DNA of 64,000 nt, taken from contig CASEEU010000022.1 in the NCBI GenBank assembly GCA_949287075.1, positions 32,010 through 96,009 on the forward strand, in the 5' to 3' direction. Shown in pieces: positions 48,721-59,144 of this stretch; the stretch's first letter is position 1; each line of letters begins with the position of its first letter. The translations under genes were made by a program, and so were the position numbers. Below the pieces are notes generated by a model that was not told the DNA's origin, did no database searches, and saw only the letters and a program-made list of their open reading frames with translations. The stretch comes from an uncultured Eubacteriales bacterium (GTDB taxonomy: Bacteria; Bacillota; Clostridia; TANB77; CAG-508).

Positions 48721-48748
48721 CAACTGGTAGTTTTCTAATTACCAGTTG
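48721..48748 (+). promoter_or_regulatory. Stem-loop (possible attenuator or terminator) just upstream of the rsmH RBS
   Basis: caactggtagttttctaattaccagttg forms a 10-bp perfect stem; it is followed by tttaagc rather than a clean T run. Confidence 0.45.
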
Positions 48749-48781
48749 TTTAAGCATAATAAAAAAATAAGAGGTGTAAAA

Positions 48782-49711
48782 TTGAAATTTGAACATAAAC
48801 CTGTCTTGCTTCAAGAATGTATAGAAGGATTACAGATAAAGCCAAATGGTATTTATGTGGATGGCACAATGGGAGGAGCAGGGCATAGTATAGAAATTGT
48901 AAAAAGATTATCAGATGATGGGTTATTAATTGGAATTGATAGAGATGAAGAAGCTTTAAAAGCTTCAAAAGAAAGATTAGAAAAATATAAAAATGTAACA
49001 TATGTCCATGATAATCATGACAATATAAAAGAAATATTGCAAAAACTTAAAATCAATCAGGTGGATGGAATCTTATTAGATTTAGGTGTTTCTTCATATC
49101 AATTAGATGAAAGAAATAGAGGCTTTAGTTATTTAGGTGAAAATGAACTAGATATGAGAATGGATAAAAGCCAAGAATTGACAGCGAAAAGAGTTGTAAA
49201 TTACTATTCTGAAAAAGAATTGGCAAATATCATTTATGAATATGGAGAAGAACGATTTTCAAGACAAATTGCGAAAAACATTTGCAATTATAGAAAAGAA
49301 AAGACAATTAACACAACAAAAGAATTGGTAGATATTATTGAAAAATCTATACCAAAATCAAAACAAAATGACGGACATCCAGCAAAAAGAACATTTCAAG
49401 CAATTAGAATAGAAGTAAACAATGAAATTAAACCATTATACAACACAGTAAAAGATTGTATTGATTGTTTAAAACCACAAGGAAGATTATGTATCATTAC
49501 ATTTCATTCATTAGAAGATAGAGCAGTCAAAAATGCTTACATAGAAGCAAAAGGGAAATGCACTTGTCCAAGTGATTTACCATATTGTGTATGTGGAGCA
49601 AAAACATTGGGAAACATTATTACCAAAAAACCAATCATAGCAACTAAAGAAGAACAAGAAGAAAATTCTAGAAGTAAAAGTGCAAAATTAAGAATTTTTG
49701 AAAAGATATAA
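48782..49711 (+). CDS. rsmH: 16S rRNA (cytosine1402-N4)-methyltransferase RsmH (MraW)
   Basis: TTG start with GAGGTG RBS; [16 protein letters not shown]; SAM-binding GGAGHS motif. Confidence 0.9.
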   Translation: MKFEHKPVLLQECIEGLQIKPNGIYVDGTMGGAGHSIEIVKRLSDDGLLIGIDRDEEALKASKERLEKYKNVTYVHDNHDNIKEILQKLKINQVDGILLDLGVSSYQLDERNRGFSYLGENELDMRMDKSQELTAKRVVNYYSEKELANIIYEYGEERFSRQIAKNICNYRKEKTINTTKELVDIIEKSIPKSKQNDGHPAKRTFQAIRIEVNNEIKPLYNTVKDCIDCLKPQGRLCIITFHSLEDRAVKNAYIEAKGKCTCPSDLPYCVCGAKTLGNIITKKPIIATKEEQEENSRSKSAKLRIFEKI

Positions 49712-49742
49712 AAACAAAAGCAAAGAGGAGGTGAGATAACCT

Positions 49743-50240
49743 ATGGCAGCAAGATATCAATATGAAACAAGTCCAAGAAAGTTAGAACCGGATATTAGAA
49801 AAGAAAAGAAAAAACAAAATATTAAAGTAGTAAAAGACTTGCCAAAGCAAGATGTAAAATTATCAAAAGAACAAAAAATGAAACATAGAAAAGCAACTTT
49901 ATTAGTTATGGTTATATTTGCTGTATTATTTACCATAAGTTATCGAAATACTCAAATTAACGAAAAATTTAATGAAATGCAAGAATTAAAAACAAAATTA
50001 TCATCATTACAAAAGGAAAATGAACAATTGCAAGTAACAATAGAAAATAGTCTAAATTTAAGCAATATAGAAAAACAAGCAAAAGAAAAATTAGGTATGC
50101 AAAAATTAACGAATAAACAAACAGTGTATGTTAGTTTACCTAAAAAAGATTATATAGAATCTGCAACAGAAAAAGTAGAGATTAGTGACAATAATGAAAA
50201 TTGGTTTCAAAAATTAGTTGATAAAATTTTTAATAAATAA
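49743..50240 (+). CDS. ftsL: Cell division protein FtsL-like (septum formation initiator family)
   Basis: 165 aa bitopic protein: basic N-terminus, TM segment (LLVMVIFAVLFTISY), coiled coil; located between rsmH and the PBP gene. Confidence 0.7.
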   Translation: MAARYQYETSPRKLEPDIRKEKKKQNIKVVKDLPKQDVKLSKEQKMKHRKATLLVMVIFAVLFTISYRNTQINEKFNEMQELKTKLSSLQKENEQLQVTIENSLNLSNIEKQAKEKLGMQKLTNKQTVYVSLPKKDYIESATEKVEISDNNENWFQKLVDKIFNK

Positions 50241-50354
50241 TTTTATAATAATACAAAAGTAGTCAATAGCATATATTAAAAATATATGCTATTGACTACT
50301 TTTGTATAGGCATAAAAATATTCACCTCTAATACATATTATTAGAGGTGTTTTT

Positions 50355-52346
50355 ATGAAAGAAATTAAACTATCGAGCAAGAAAAAAATGAGAAATATTT
50401 TATTTGTATCTTTTTTGATCATTATTTGTTTAATTGTTAGACTAGGATATATACAATTAATACAAGGAAAAGAATTGGCTAAACTTGCTTATGAACAACA
50501 AACATTAGATAGAAAAATCAACCCGAAAAGAGGGACCATTTATGATGCAACAGGCAAAAATATATTAGCTGTTAGTAGTACAGTAGAAACAGTTACAGTC
50601 AATCCAGGAAATATCTCTGCTGAAAATAAAGAAAAAGTAGCAAAAGCTTTGTCAGATATATTTGATTTAGATTATGAAACTGTATTGAAAAAAGTAAAGA
50701 AAAGGAGTTCTATTGAAACAATTGTAAGAAAAGTCGAAAAAGAGAAAGCAGATATTTTGAGAGAATGGATGGAGCAAAACAATATTACAATCGGGATTAA
50801 TATTGATGAAGATACAAAGCGATATTATGCATATAATAGTTTTGCATCACAAATTATTGGATTTTGCGGAAGTGATAATCAAGGATTAGATGGGATAGAG
50901 GCAAAATATGAAGAAGAATTAAAAGGAGAACAAGGAGCAATTCAAAAACATACAGATGCAAAAGGAGGAGAGATTGGAGAAGAAGGGGAAAATTATGTAC
51001 CAGCTGTAGATGGAAATGATTTGGTATTAACCATTGATTTAACCATACAATCAATTGTCGAAAAATATTTGGAAGAAGCTTGTATAGATAATGTTTGTAC
51101 TGATGGAGGAAGTATTATTGTCATGAATCCACAAAACGGAGATATTTTGGCTATGGCCAATTATCCAAATTACAATTTAAATGAACCATATGAGCCATAT
51201 ACAGAAGAATTAAAAGCAACATGGGATTCTTTGGAGCAGTCAGAAAAAACAACACATTTACAAGCGGTTTGGAGAAACAAAGCGATTGCAGATACCTATG
51301 AACCAGGTTCTGTGTTTAAGTTAATTACAGCTTCAGCAGCATTGGAAGAAGGAATTACAGATACAGATAATGAGGGGGAATTTTCTTGCACAGGTGGGAT
51401 TGAAGTTGCAGGTGTTAGAATAAAGTGTTGGAGATATTATAGGCCACATGGTTCAGAAAGTTTAAGGCAAGCTTTAATGAATTCTTGTAATCCTGTTTTT
51501 ATTGGATTAGGACAAAAAATAGGAGTAACAAAATATTATGAATATTTGGAAAAATTCAAATTACTACAAACAACAGGAATTGACTTGCCAGGAGAAGCAG
51601 GAAGTATATTTTTAGCAAAAGAAAAAGCAGGACCAGTAGAGTTGGCAACTATTAGTTTTGGGCAAAGATTTGAAATTACACCAATACAATTAGCAACAGC
51701 GGTGTCTAGTATTGCTAATGGGGGAAATAGTATAAAACCAAGAGTGGTAAAACAAATCATTAATAGTGAAACAAAAGAAGTAACAGATATTCCAGTAAAA
51801 AAAGGAGATATGGTTATTTCAAAAGAAACTTCTGAAAAAGTATTAAGTATGATGGAAAGTGTTGTATCAGAAGGAACTGGAAAAAATGCAAAAGTAGCAG
51901 GATACAGAATTGGTGGAAAAACAGGAACTTCAGAAGATGGGGTTAATACAAATAAATATGTAACATCTTTTTGTGGAGTAGCACCAATTGACAATCCACA
52001 AGTGGTTGTATTAGTGACTTTATATAATCCAACAGGTGAAGGAGGACACCAAGGAGGTGGGGTAGCAGCACCTGTAGGAGGACAGATATTTAGTGAAATA
52101 TTGCCATATTTAGAAGTCAATAAACAAGTTTTAGAAGAAGATGAAGAAGAAATCATTCATCAGATACAGGTACCAGATGTGATGGGAAAAACATTAGAAG
52201 AAGCAAAACAGATTCTAAAAGAGAATCATTTAGAAATGTATTTAGAAAATGAAGAAGTAGATATGAAAAATACTTATGTAAAAAATCAAATTCCTAGTAG
52301 TGGGATAACTGTAAATGAACAAAGTAAAGTAGTGGTAGAATATTAA
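50355..52346 (+). CDS. Class B penicillin-binding protein with a C-terminal PASTA domain (FtsI/SpoVD/PBP2B-type)
   Basis: 663 aa with the transpeptidase motifs SVFK, SCN and KTGT plus a PASTA domain (IQVPDVMGKTLEEAKQIL). Confidence 0.88.
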   Translation: MKEIKLSSKKKMRNILFVSFLIIICLIVRLGYIQLIQGKELAKLAYEQQTLDRKINPKRGTIYDATGKNILAVSSTVETVTVNPGNISAENKEKVAKALSDIFDLDYETVLKKVKKRSSIETIVRKVEKEKADILREWMEQNNITIGINIDEDTKRYYAYNSFASQIIGFCGSDNQGLDGIEAKYEEELKGEQGAIQKHTDAKGGEIGEEGENYVPAVDGNDLVLTIDLTIQSIVEKYLEEACIDNVCTDGGSIIVMNPQNGDILAMANYPNYNLNEPYEPYTEELKATWDSLEQSEKTTHLQAVWRNKAIADTYEPGSVFKLITASAALEEGITDTDNEGEFSCTGGIEVAGVRIKCWRYYRPHGSESLRQALMNSCNPVFIGLGQKIGVTKYYEYLEKFKLLQTTGIDLPGEAGSIFLAKEKAGPVELATISFGQRFEITPIQLATAVSSIANGGNSIKPRVVKQIINSETKEVTDIPVKKGDMVISKETSEKVLSMMESVVSEGTGKNAKVAGYRIGGKTGTSEDGVNTNKYVTSFCGVAPIDNPQVVVLVTLYNPTGEGGHQGGGVAAPVGGQIFSEILPYLEVNKQVLEEDEEEIIHQIQVPDVMGKTLEEAKQILKENHLEMYLENEEVDMKNTYVKNQIPSSGITVNEQSKVVVEY

Positions 52347-52446
52347 AAAAGTCATAAAAACTCTATACAAAAAATGATTTTCGTTATATAATATGAGAGA
52401 TTAAATGGAGTCATTTGCAAAATTCAAGTATTCATAATCGAAAGGA

Positions 52447-53952
52447 TTGAAAGAAATGGAATTAAAACAATTATTAGTAGGTTTAGAGAATTTAAAAGTA
52501 AAAGGAAATCTAGATATTGAAATCTCTGGAATTGAAAACAATTCACAAAATGTAAAAAAAGGATATTTATTTGTAGCCATACAAGGATTTTCAACAGATG
52601 GGCATCAATATGTGGAAAGTGCTATACAAAATGGTGCAGTAGCCATCATGATTCAAGAAGGCTGTAACTTAAAAGGGGTTAAAATACCAGATAATGTAAC
52701 AGTAGTAATGGCAAAAGATACAAGAGAAGGATTAGCCATTGTATCAGATAATTTTTATGATCATCCATCAAGAAAATTTAAATTAATTGGTGTTACAGGA
52801 ACAAAAGGAAAAACAACTACTACGTTTATGCTAAAAGAAATATTTGAAAAAGCAGGAAAAAAAGTAGGGTTAATTGGAACAATTGCTATATATATTAATG
52901 GAAAAAAATTAAAAGATAGTGATAGAACAACACCAGAAAGTTTAGAATTGCAACAAATTTTTGCAGAAATGGCAAAACAAGGTGTTGAAGTGGTCGTAAT
53001 GGAAGTTTCATCACAAAGTCTAAAATTAAAAAGAGTAGACAGATGTGATTTTGATATTGCTATATTTACCAATTTTTCAGAAGATCATATTAGCCCAAAA
53101 GAGCATCCAGATATGCAAGATTATTTTAATGCAAAATTAAAATTATTTAAAATGTGTAAAACAGGAATTACAAACGCAGATGATTTACAAGGAGCAAAGA
53201 TACCAAGATTGTTTCCAGAGAGTAATATTACAACATATGGAATTGATAATTATGCAAATCTTTTGGCAAAAGATATTACCATTACAAATTCTTATGTAGA
53301 TTTTAAAGTAAAATTAAAAGATAAAAATGAAAGAGTAAAAACAGGAATACCTGGAAGGTTTAGTGTATATAATTCATTAGCGGCTATTTGTGTTGCGCAA
53401 AAATTTGGAATAGCCCCTGAACCTATAAAAGAAGCGTTATTGGAAGTAAGAGTACCAGGTAGATCTGAATTAGTAAATAATAAAAGAGAAATACCAATCA
53501 TGATAGATTATGCACATTCACCTGAAAGTTTAGAAAACATATTACAAGCAACCAAAAGTTATACAAGAGGAAAGGTAATATCTGTATTTGGGTGTGGAGG
53601 AGATAGAGATCCAGGTAAAAGACCAATTATGGGAGAAATATCAGGAAGAATTGCTGATTTTACAATTATTACGTCTGATAATCCAAGAACAGAAGATCCT
53701 AAAATGATAGTAAATCAAATTGAAGAAGGTTTGAAAAAGAAAAATGGAAAATATATGGTAATGATTGATAGAAAAGAAGCAATAAAAGAAGCAATTAAAA
53801 TGGCAACAAAGCGAGATATTGTTATTTTAGCAGGAAAAGGGCATGAACTATATCAAGAAATTGATGGAGAGAAATATCCTTTTGATGAAAGAGTAATTGT
53901 TAGAGAAATAATAGATGAATTAGAATCTGAAACAAAGAACAAGAAAAAATAA
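52447..53952 (+). CDS. murE: UDP-N-acetylmuramoyl-L-alanyl-D-glutamate--2,6-diaminopimelate ligase (canonical DNPR motif)
   Basis: 501 aa Mur ligase with GVTGTKGKTTTTFM and TSDNPRTEDP; position in the dcw cluster. Confidence 0.9.
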   Translation: MKEMELKQLLVGLENLKVKGNLDIEISGIENNSQNVKKGYLFVAIQGFSTDGHQYVESAIQNGAVAIMIQEGCNLKGVKIPDNVTVVMAKDTREGLAIVSDNFYDHPSRKFKLIGVTGTKGKTTTTFMLKEIFEKAGKKVGLIGTIAIYINGKKLKDSDRTTPESLELQQIFAEMAKQGVEVVVMEVSSQSLKLKRVDRCDFDIAIFTNFSEDHISPKEHPDMQDYFNAKLKLFKMCKTGITNADDLQGAKIPRLFPESNITTYGIDNYANLLAKDITITNSYVDFKVKLKDKNERVKTGIPGRFSVYNSLAAICVAQKFGIAPEPIKEALLEVRVPGRSELVNNKREIPIMIDYAHSPESLENILQATKSYTRGKVISVFGCGGDRDPGKRPIMGEISGRIADFTIITSDNPRTEDPKMIVNQIEEGLKKKNGKYMVMIDRKEAIKEAIKMATKRDIVILAGKGHELYQEIDGEKYPFDERVIVREIIDELESETKNKKK

Positions 53953-53975
53953 AACAAAAGAAAGGATGGATTAAA

Positions 53976-54956
53976 TTGATATTCGAGGCAAAAGTATTAA
54001 TCATTGCATTTATTGTATCAATCATTATGGGATTTATCATTATACCAATATTGAAAAAAAGAAAAGTGGGGCAAATAGAAAGAGATGATGGACCACAATC
54101 TCATTTAAAAAAACAAGGAACACCTACAATGGGGGGGATTATTATCATTATTACTATGATTATAGTAGTAATAGGAACATACACATATTTATCCATAAAT
54201 GGAGAAACAGATTTAGCACATAAATTATTGCCAATATTAGTATTAACAATTGGATTTGGATTGATTGGATTTATTGATGATTTTAAGAAATTAGTATTAA
54301 AAAATACAGAAGGATTAAAACCAAGTTATAAAATGATAGGATTACTTATCATTTCAGTAGCATATGTTATTTATTTAGTATATGGATTAAAAATAGAAAC
54401 ACAAACGTATATACCAATCATAAAAACATATATGAATATGCCAGTTTTTATATATATACCATTTGCTATTCTTGTTATACTAGGAACAACAAATGCAGTG
54501 AATTTGACAGATGGAATCGATGGATTATCATCTAGTGTATGTGCCATTATTATTACCTGTTTAGCAATCATAGGAATTCGTTTGCAATTATATGAAGTAT
54601 CAATATTTGCAAGTGTTGTGATAGGTGCAGTTTTAGGATTTTTAATGTTTAATATTCACCCAGCAAAGGTATTTATGGGAGATACAGGATCTCTTATGTT
54701 AGGAGGCGTTATATCAGGATTAGCATTATATTTAGAAATGCCATTACTATTACTTATAATTGCATTAATACCAGTATTAGAAACTATATCTGTTATGATA
54801 CAAGTGGCATATTTTAAAAAGACAGGAAAACGATTCTTCAAAATGGCACCATTACATCATCATTTTGAATTATCAGGTTGGAAAGAAAATAAAGTAGTTG
54901 TTGTATTTAGTGTAGCAACATTATTATTATGTATTATTGGACTAATGGTAATTTAA
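53976..54956 (+). CDS. mraY: Phospho-N-acetylmuramoyl-pentapeptide transferase MraY
   Basis: 326 aa polytopic protein with the MraY motifs (TPTMGG, NAVNLTDGIDGL, FMGDTGSL); directly follows murE with no murF in between. Confidence 0.9.
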   Translation: MIFEAKVLIIAFIVSIIMGFIIIPILKKRKVGQIERDDGPQSHLKKQGTPTMGGIIIIITMIIVVIGTYTYLSINGETDLAHKLLPILVLTIGFGLIGFIDDFKKLVLKNTEGLKPSYKMIGLLIISVAYVIYLVYGLKIETQTYIPIIKTYMNMPVFIYIPFAILVILGTTNAVNLTDGIDGLSSSVCAIIITCLAIIGIRLQLYEVSIFASVVIGAVLGFLMFNIHPAKVFMGDTGSLMLGGVISGLALYLEMPLLLLIIALIPVLETISVMIQVAYFKKTGKRFFKMAPLHHHFELSGWKENKVVVVFSVATLLLCIIGLMVI

Positions 54957-55031
54957 ACATTGTGTAAGAAAAAGACAAAAGAAAAGGTCGAAAATTAATT
55001 CTTTTCCAAAAGAGCGAAGAATTTAAAACAT

Positions 55032-56201
55032 GTGGCTTTTTTTCTTGAGAAAGGAATGGTAAAAAGAATGGCAAAAAAGAAAGGGAAGAGTTTTTCAAGC
55101 TTTCTAAAAAACCCAATTGATTTTACATTACTGATAACCATATTATTATTGTTATCAATTGGATTAATCATGCTACTTTCAGCAAGTTCACCATCAGCAC
55201 TTTCTGAAAGTGGAAATAGTTACTCATATTTTTTTAGACAGGCAATATTTGCAGTAGCTGGATTATTTATGATGTGGGTAATTTCTAATATAGACTTTCG
55301 ATTTTATCAAAAATATTATAAATTAGCATATGTTGTAGCTTTTATATTACTGCTAGCAGTACCATTTATAGGAAGAGAAGTAAATGGGGCAAAAAGATGG
55401 ATATATGTAACAGAAACACTTTCAATCCAACCATCTGAATTGGTAAAACTATTAATGATTATTTTTTATGCAGGAATATTAGTAAAAAATAGAGATGAAC
55501 TAAATAAATATGGAAAGGGCTTTTTAAAACATATCATCATGATAGCACCAATCATTGTCTTGTTATTAATAGAACCACACTTTAGTGCATCAATTGTTAT
55601 TGTTGGAATTGTAGCAATTATGATGATTATTGCAGGTTGTAAATTTTGGCATTTTCTTGTAACAGGTTCAGTTGTGGGAGTGCCATTAGGAATAGGATTA
55701 ATTGTAACATCACCATATCGTTTGCAAAGGGTTACAACATTTTTAGATCCATGGAAAGATGCAACAGATACAGGTTGGCAAGTAATCCAAAGTTTATATG
55801 CAATTGGATCAGGAGGATTATTTGGAGCAGGACTAGGAGAAAGTAAACAAAAATATTTGTATATCCCAGAACCACATAATGACTTTATTTTCTCAATATT
55901 AGCAGAGGAATTGGGATTTATAGGATGTGCAGTCGTAATTATATTATTTGCCATATTTATATGGAGAGGAATATTAATTGCAATGAAATCACCAGATATG
56001 TTTGGAAGTTTAGTTGCTATAGGAATTACGGCACAAGTAGCTATACAAGTGATTATCAATATAGCAGTTGTTACTTCATCAATGCCAGCAACAGGAATGC
56101 CATTACCGTTTTTTAGTTATGGAGGAACATCACTATTTATCTTACTCTGTGAGATGGGAGTGCTCTTAAATATTTCAAAAGCAGGAGCAAAAAAAGAATA
56201 G
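55032..56201 (+). CDS. ftsW: SEDS-family protein FtsW/SpoVE
   Basis: 389 aa with a SEDS C-terminus (MPATGMPLPFFSYGGTS); the true start may be an internal ATG at about 55056 or 55068. Confidence 0.85.
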   Translation: MAFFLEKGMVKRMAKKKGKSFSSFLKNPIDFTLLITILLLLSIGLIMLLSASSPSALSESGNSYSYFFRQAIFAVAGLFMMWVISNIDFRFYQKYYKLAYVVAFILLLAVPFIGREVNGAKRWIYVTETLSIQPSELVKLLMIIFYAGILVKNRDELNKYGKGFLKHIIMIAPIIVLLLIEPHFSASIVIVGIVAIMMIIAGCKFWHFLVTGSVVGVPLGIGLIVTSPYRLQRVTTFLDPWKDATDTGWQVIQSLYAIGSGGLFGAGLGESKQKYLYIPEPHNDFIFSILAEELGFIGCAVVIILFAIFIWRGILIAMKSPDMFGSLVAIGITAQVAIQVIINIAVVTSSMPATGMPLPFFSYGGTSLFILLCEMGVLLNISKAGAKKE

Positions 56202-56207
56202 AGGTTG

Positions 56208-56344
56208 CCAAAGGGGACGAGTGATGATTTTGGGGACGGAGCAAAAAATCATCATTTATAGAAATATTTCATTTAATACTTTTTGAAGAACAATATGATG
56301 ATTTTTTGCTCCGTCCCCAAAATCATCAGCACGATCCCTTTGGT
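56208..56344. repeat. Palindromic element D: 47-nt near-perfect inverted repeats (with a 7-nt mismatch patch) flanking a 40-45-nt AT-rich loop, GC-richer than its surroundings
   Basis: ccaaaggggacgagtgatgattttggggacggagcaaaaaatcatca pairs with tgatgattttttgctccgtccccaaaatcatcagcacgatccctttgg; intergenic between ftsW and murG. Confidence 0.8.
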
Positions 56345-56374
56345 AATCAAGTAAAAAATGGAAAGGAAGAAAAA

Positions 56375-57493
56375 ATGAAAGTAGTGATTGCAGCAGCAGG
56401 GACAGCAGGTCATATCAATCCAGGTCTAGCGATAGCAAAAAAAATACAAGAAGAACAAAAAGATTCTAAAATTATTTTTATAGGAACAACAAGAGGATTG
56501 GAAAATGATCTAGTTCCAAGAGCTGGATATGAATTAAAAACAATTGAAGCTTATGGATTAAGTAAGAAAATATCCATTGAAAATATAAAGAAAATGCTGA
56601 AAACATTAAAGGGATTTAGAGAAGCAAAAAAAATATTAAAAGAAATCAATCCAGACGTAGTAATAGGAACTGGGGGATATATTTGTGGTGCGACTATATC
56701 AGCAGCACATCGATTAAAAATTCCAACAGTATTGCATGAAAGTAATGCTTTTCCAGGAAAAGCAGTAAAACTATTAGCAAAAAAAACAGATACGATTTTA
56801 GTATCTTTTGAAGATGCTATAGGAAGAATAAAACATGCTAAAAAAATTGTATATACAGGAACACCTGTAAAAATAAAAAAACAGAATTATACAGAAGAAC
56901 AAAAAAATGAAATGATAAAAAAAGTAGGATTAAATAAAGAAAAACCAATCGCATTAGTGTTTGGAGGAAGCCAAGGAGCAAGAAGAATAAATAATGCCAT
57001 AATGGAAATTATAAAATCAGAGTTAAATGAAAATTATCAAATGATTTGGGCAACAGGACCAAAACAATATGATATTGTTAAAGAAGAATTAGAAAATCAA
57101 CACAAAAATATTAACTATATAAAAAATATGAAAATTCTTCCATATATATATAATATGGAGGAAATCATGAATATTGTAGATGTCATTGTGGCAAGAAGTG
57201 GAGCAATGACAATTACAGAAATCGCAAAATTAGGAAAACCATCTATTTTAGTACCATTACCAAATGTTAGTCATGACCATCAATTATATAATGCAAAAGT
57301 ACTACAAAATATTGAAGCGGCAGATATTATTTTAGATAATGAATTAACAGGAGAAAAATTAAATACCAATATAGAGAATATAGTATTGGATAAAGAAAAA
57401 TGTCGAAAAATGGGAGAAAAGGCATTAACTGTTGCGACAGACAATGTAGAAGATAAAATATATGAACAAATTATAGAAACAATAGGAAATTGA
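56375..57493 (+). CDS. murG: UDP-N-acetylglucosamine--N-acetylmuramyl-(pentapeptide) pyrophosphoryl-undecaprenol GlcNAc transferase MurG
   Basis: Start at the internal ATG (MKVVIAAAGTAGHINPGLAIA) preceded by GGAAAGGAAG; the listed ORF extends upstream into palindrome D from a TTG; GT28 family. Confidence 0.88.
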   Translation: MKVVIAAAGTAGHINPGLAIAKKIQEEQKDSKIIFIGTTRGLENDLVPRAGYELKTIEAYGLSKKISIENIKKMLKTLKGFREAKKILKEINPDVVIGTGGYICGATISAAHRLKIPTVLHESNAFPGKAVKLLAKKTDTILVSFEDAIGRIKHAKKIVYTGTPVKIKKQNYTEEQKNEMIKKVGLNKEKPIALVFGGSQGARRINNAIMEIIKSELNENYQMIWATGPKQYDIVKEELENQHKNINYIKNMKILPYIYNMEEIMNIVDVIVARSGAMTITEIAKLGKPSILVPLPNVSHDHQLYNAKVLQNIEAADIILDNELTGEKLNTNIENIVLDKEKCRKMGEKALTVATDNVEDKIYEQIIETIGN

Positions 57494-57548
57494 GGCTATA
57501 GGAAAATAAAAGATTTTATTATATATAGAATAAAATGAGAGGGAAAAA

Positions 57549-59027
57549 ATGTTTAGGAGTATTCAATTTAAAATAATTGTTGTATTTTTTTTAATAGGTA
57601 TTATTGTAATTACAGGATTAGGCCTTGTATATATACAATCAATTAATCATTTAGAAGTCAACCTTGGAAATAAAGAAATTGGAAATATGGAAGAATTAGC
57701 TCAATTTATAGAACAAATGCGAAATATGAATATTACAGCACTTATTATCGCAGGGATTGTATTTTTTGTAGCTGGTATTTTAATAGCCATTGTTTTATCA
57801 AGATTTGTTATATATCCGATTAATAAATTAATAAAAAGTGCAGAAAAAATTACAGAAGAAGAAAAGAAAAAAGATAAAATAAGTATATCTAAAGAAGAAA
57901 TTAAAAAAAGCAAAAAAGATATGGTGAATATAGAAGATGTATTAGGTGTCATGACAACAGAATTGAAAGAAAAATTGAGTGAAGTTTCTACACAAAAAAA
58001 TCAAATAGAAACGATTCTTTTACACATGACAGATGGAATTATTGCCTTTAATATGGAAGGGGAAATCATATTAATCAATCCTGCAGCCAAAAAGTTTTTA
58101 AGCATTAGACCAGAAGATATCACATTTGATGATATTTTTGCAAAGTTTAATTTAGGAATTAATATGGAAAAAATTATTTATCTAGAGAACTGGACATCAA
58201 CAGAACAAAGAATTCAAGTAGAAGATACATATGTAAATGTATTTTTTGCACCGTTTAAAAATGAATCAGATAGACCGAATGGTGTAATTGCAGTTATTCA
58301 AGACATAACAGAACATGTGCGATTAGATAATATGCAAAAAGAATTTGTAGCAGATGTCTCACATGAATTAAAAACACCAATTACATCAATTATGGGATAT
58401 GCAGATACTTTATTAGAAGGAGAATATGATAAAGAAACTCAGGACAAGTTTTTAAATGTGATTGCATCAGAAGCACGAAGAATGGCAAGACTCGTTACAG
58501 ATTTATTAACTTTATCAAGATATGACAATAATAAAAATAGAGTAAGAAAAGTGTCTTTTGATTTAGGTGAACTAGTGAAGAAATGCCAAGACAAATTAGC
58601 AATAGAAATAAAAAAGAAACATCATATAGTAAATTCTTTTGTAACTGCAGATGTTCCACCAGTTTATGCTGATAAAGATGATATTGAAAGAGTTATTTTA
58701 AACATTTTAACAAACAGTATTAAATATACACCAGAAGGTGGAGAAATCAAAATATATGTAGGATTTGTGTATAATGATGCATATATAAAGATTTTTGATA
58801 ATGGAATTGGAATACCAGAAGAAGATTTATCTAGAATATTTGAAAGATTTTATAGAGTAGACAAAGCTCGTACAAGAGAAATGGGAGGAACAGGTCTTGG
58901 ACTTTCCATTGCAAAAGAAATTTTGGATAAAAATGGAGGAAGTATTGATATAAAAAGTACAGTAGGAAAAGGAACAGAGGTAGTCATTAGAATACCAACC
59001 AAAGAAGTAAAAGAAGTGATTAGTTAA
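57549..59027 (+). CDS. Sensor histidine kinase (HAMP/PAS-HisKA-HATPase_c) with no adjacent response regulator
   Basis: 492 aa with 2 TM segments, H-box FVADVSHELKTPITSI, and N, G1 and G2 boxes (GGTGLGLSIAKEI). Confidence 0.85.
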   Translation: MFRSIQFKIIVVFFLIGIIVITGLGLVYIQSINHLEVNLGNKEIGNMEELAQFIEQMRNMNITALIIAGIVFFVAGILIAIVLSRFVIYPINKLIKSAEKITEEEKKKDKISISKEEIKKSKKDMVNIEDVLGVMTTELKEKLSEVSTQKNQIETILLHMTDGIIAFNMEGEIILINPAAKKFLSIRPEDITFDDIFAKFNLGINMEKIIYLENWTSTEQRIQVEDTYVNVFFAPFKNESDRPNGVIAVIQDITEHVRLDNMQKEFVADVSHELKTPITSIMGYADTLLEGEYDKETQDKFLNVIASEARRMARLVTDLLTLSRYDNNKNRVRKVSFDLGELVKKCQDKLAIEIKKKHHIVNSFVTADVPPVYADKDDIERVILNILTNSIKYTPEGGEIKIYVGFVYNDAYIKIFDNGIGIPEEDLSRIFERFYRVDKARTREMGGTGLGLSIAKEILDKNGGSIDIKSTVGKGTEVVIRIPTKEVKEVIS

Positions 59028-59144
59028 TTAAATAGAACCATTAACTTGTAATAAATAATTAAAAAAGTGAATAATTGGAATTGAAAAATAAAAAGAATTC
59101 ATGTATAATAAATAAGATTTTTAAAGTTTAAAGGAGAGAGAAAA

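Noticed and set aside
56208-56344. Hammerhead-like CUGAUGA motif within palindrome D
   Set aside because: CTGATGA occurs on the minus strand, but no GAAA or stem III cleavage-site arrangement follows. The element is simply a long inverted repeat.
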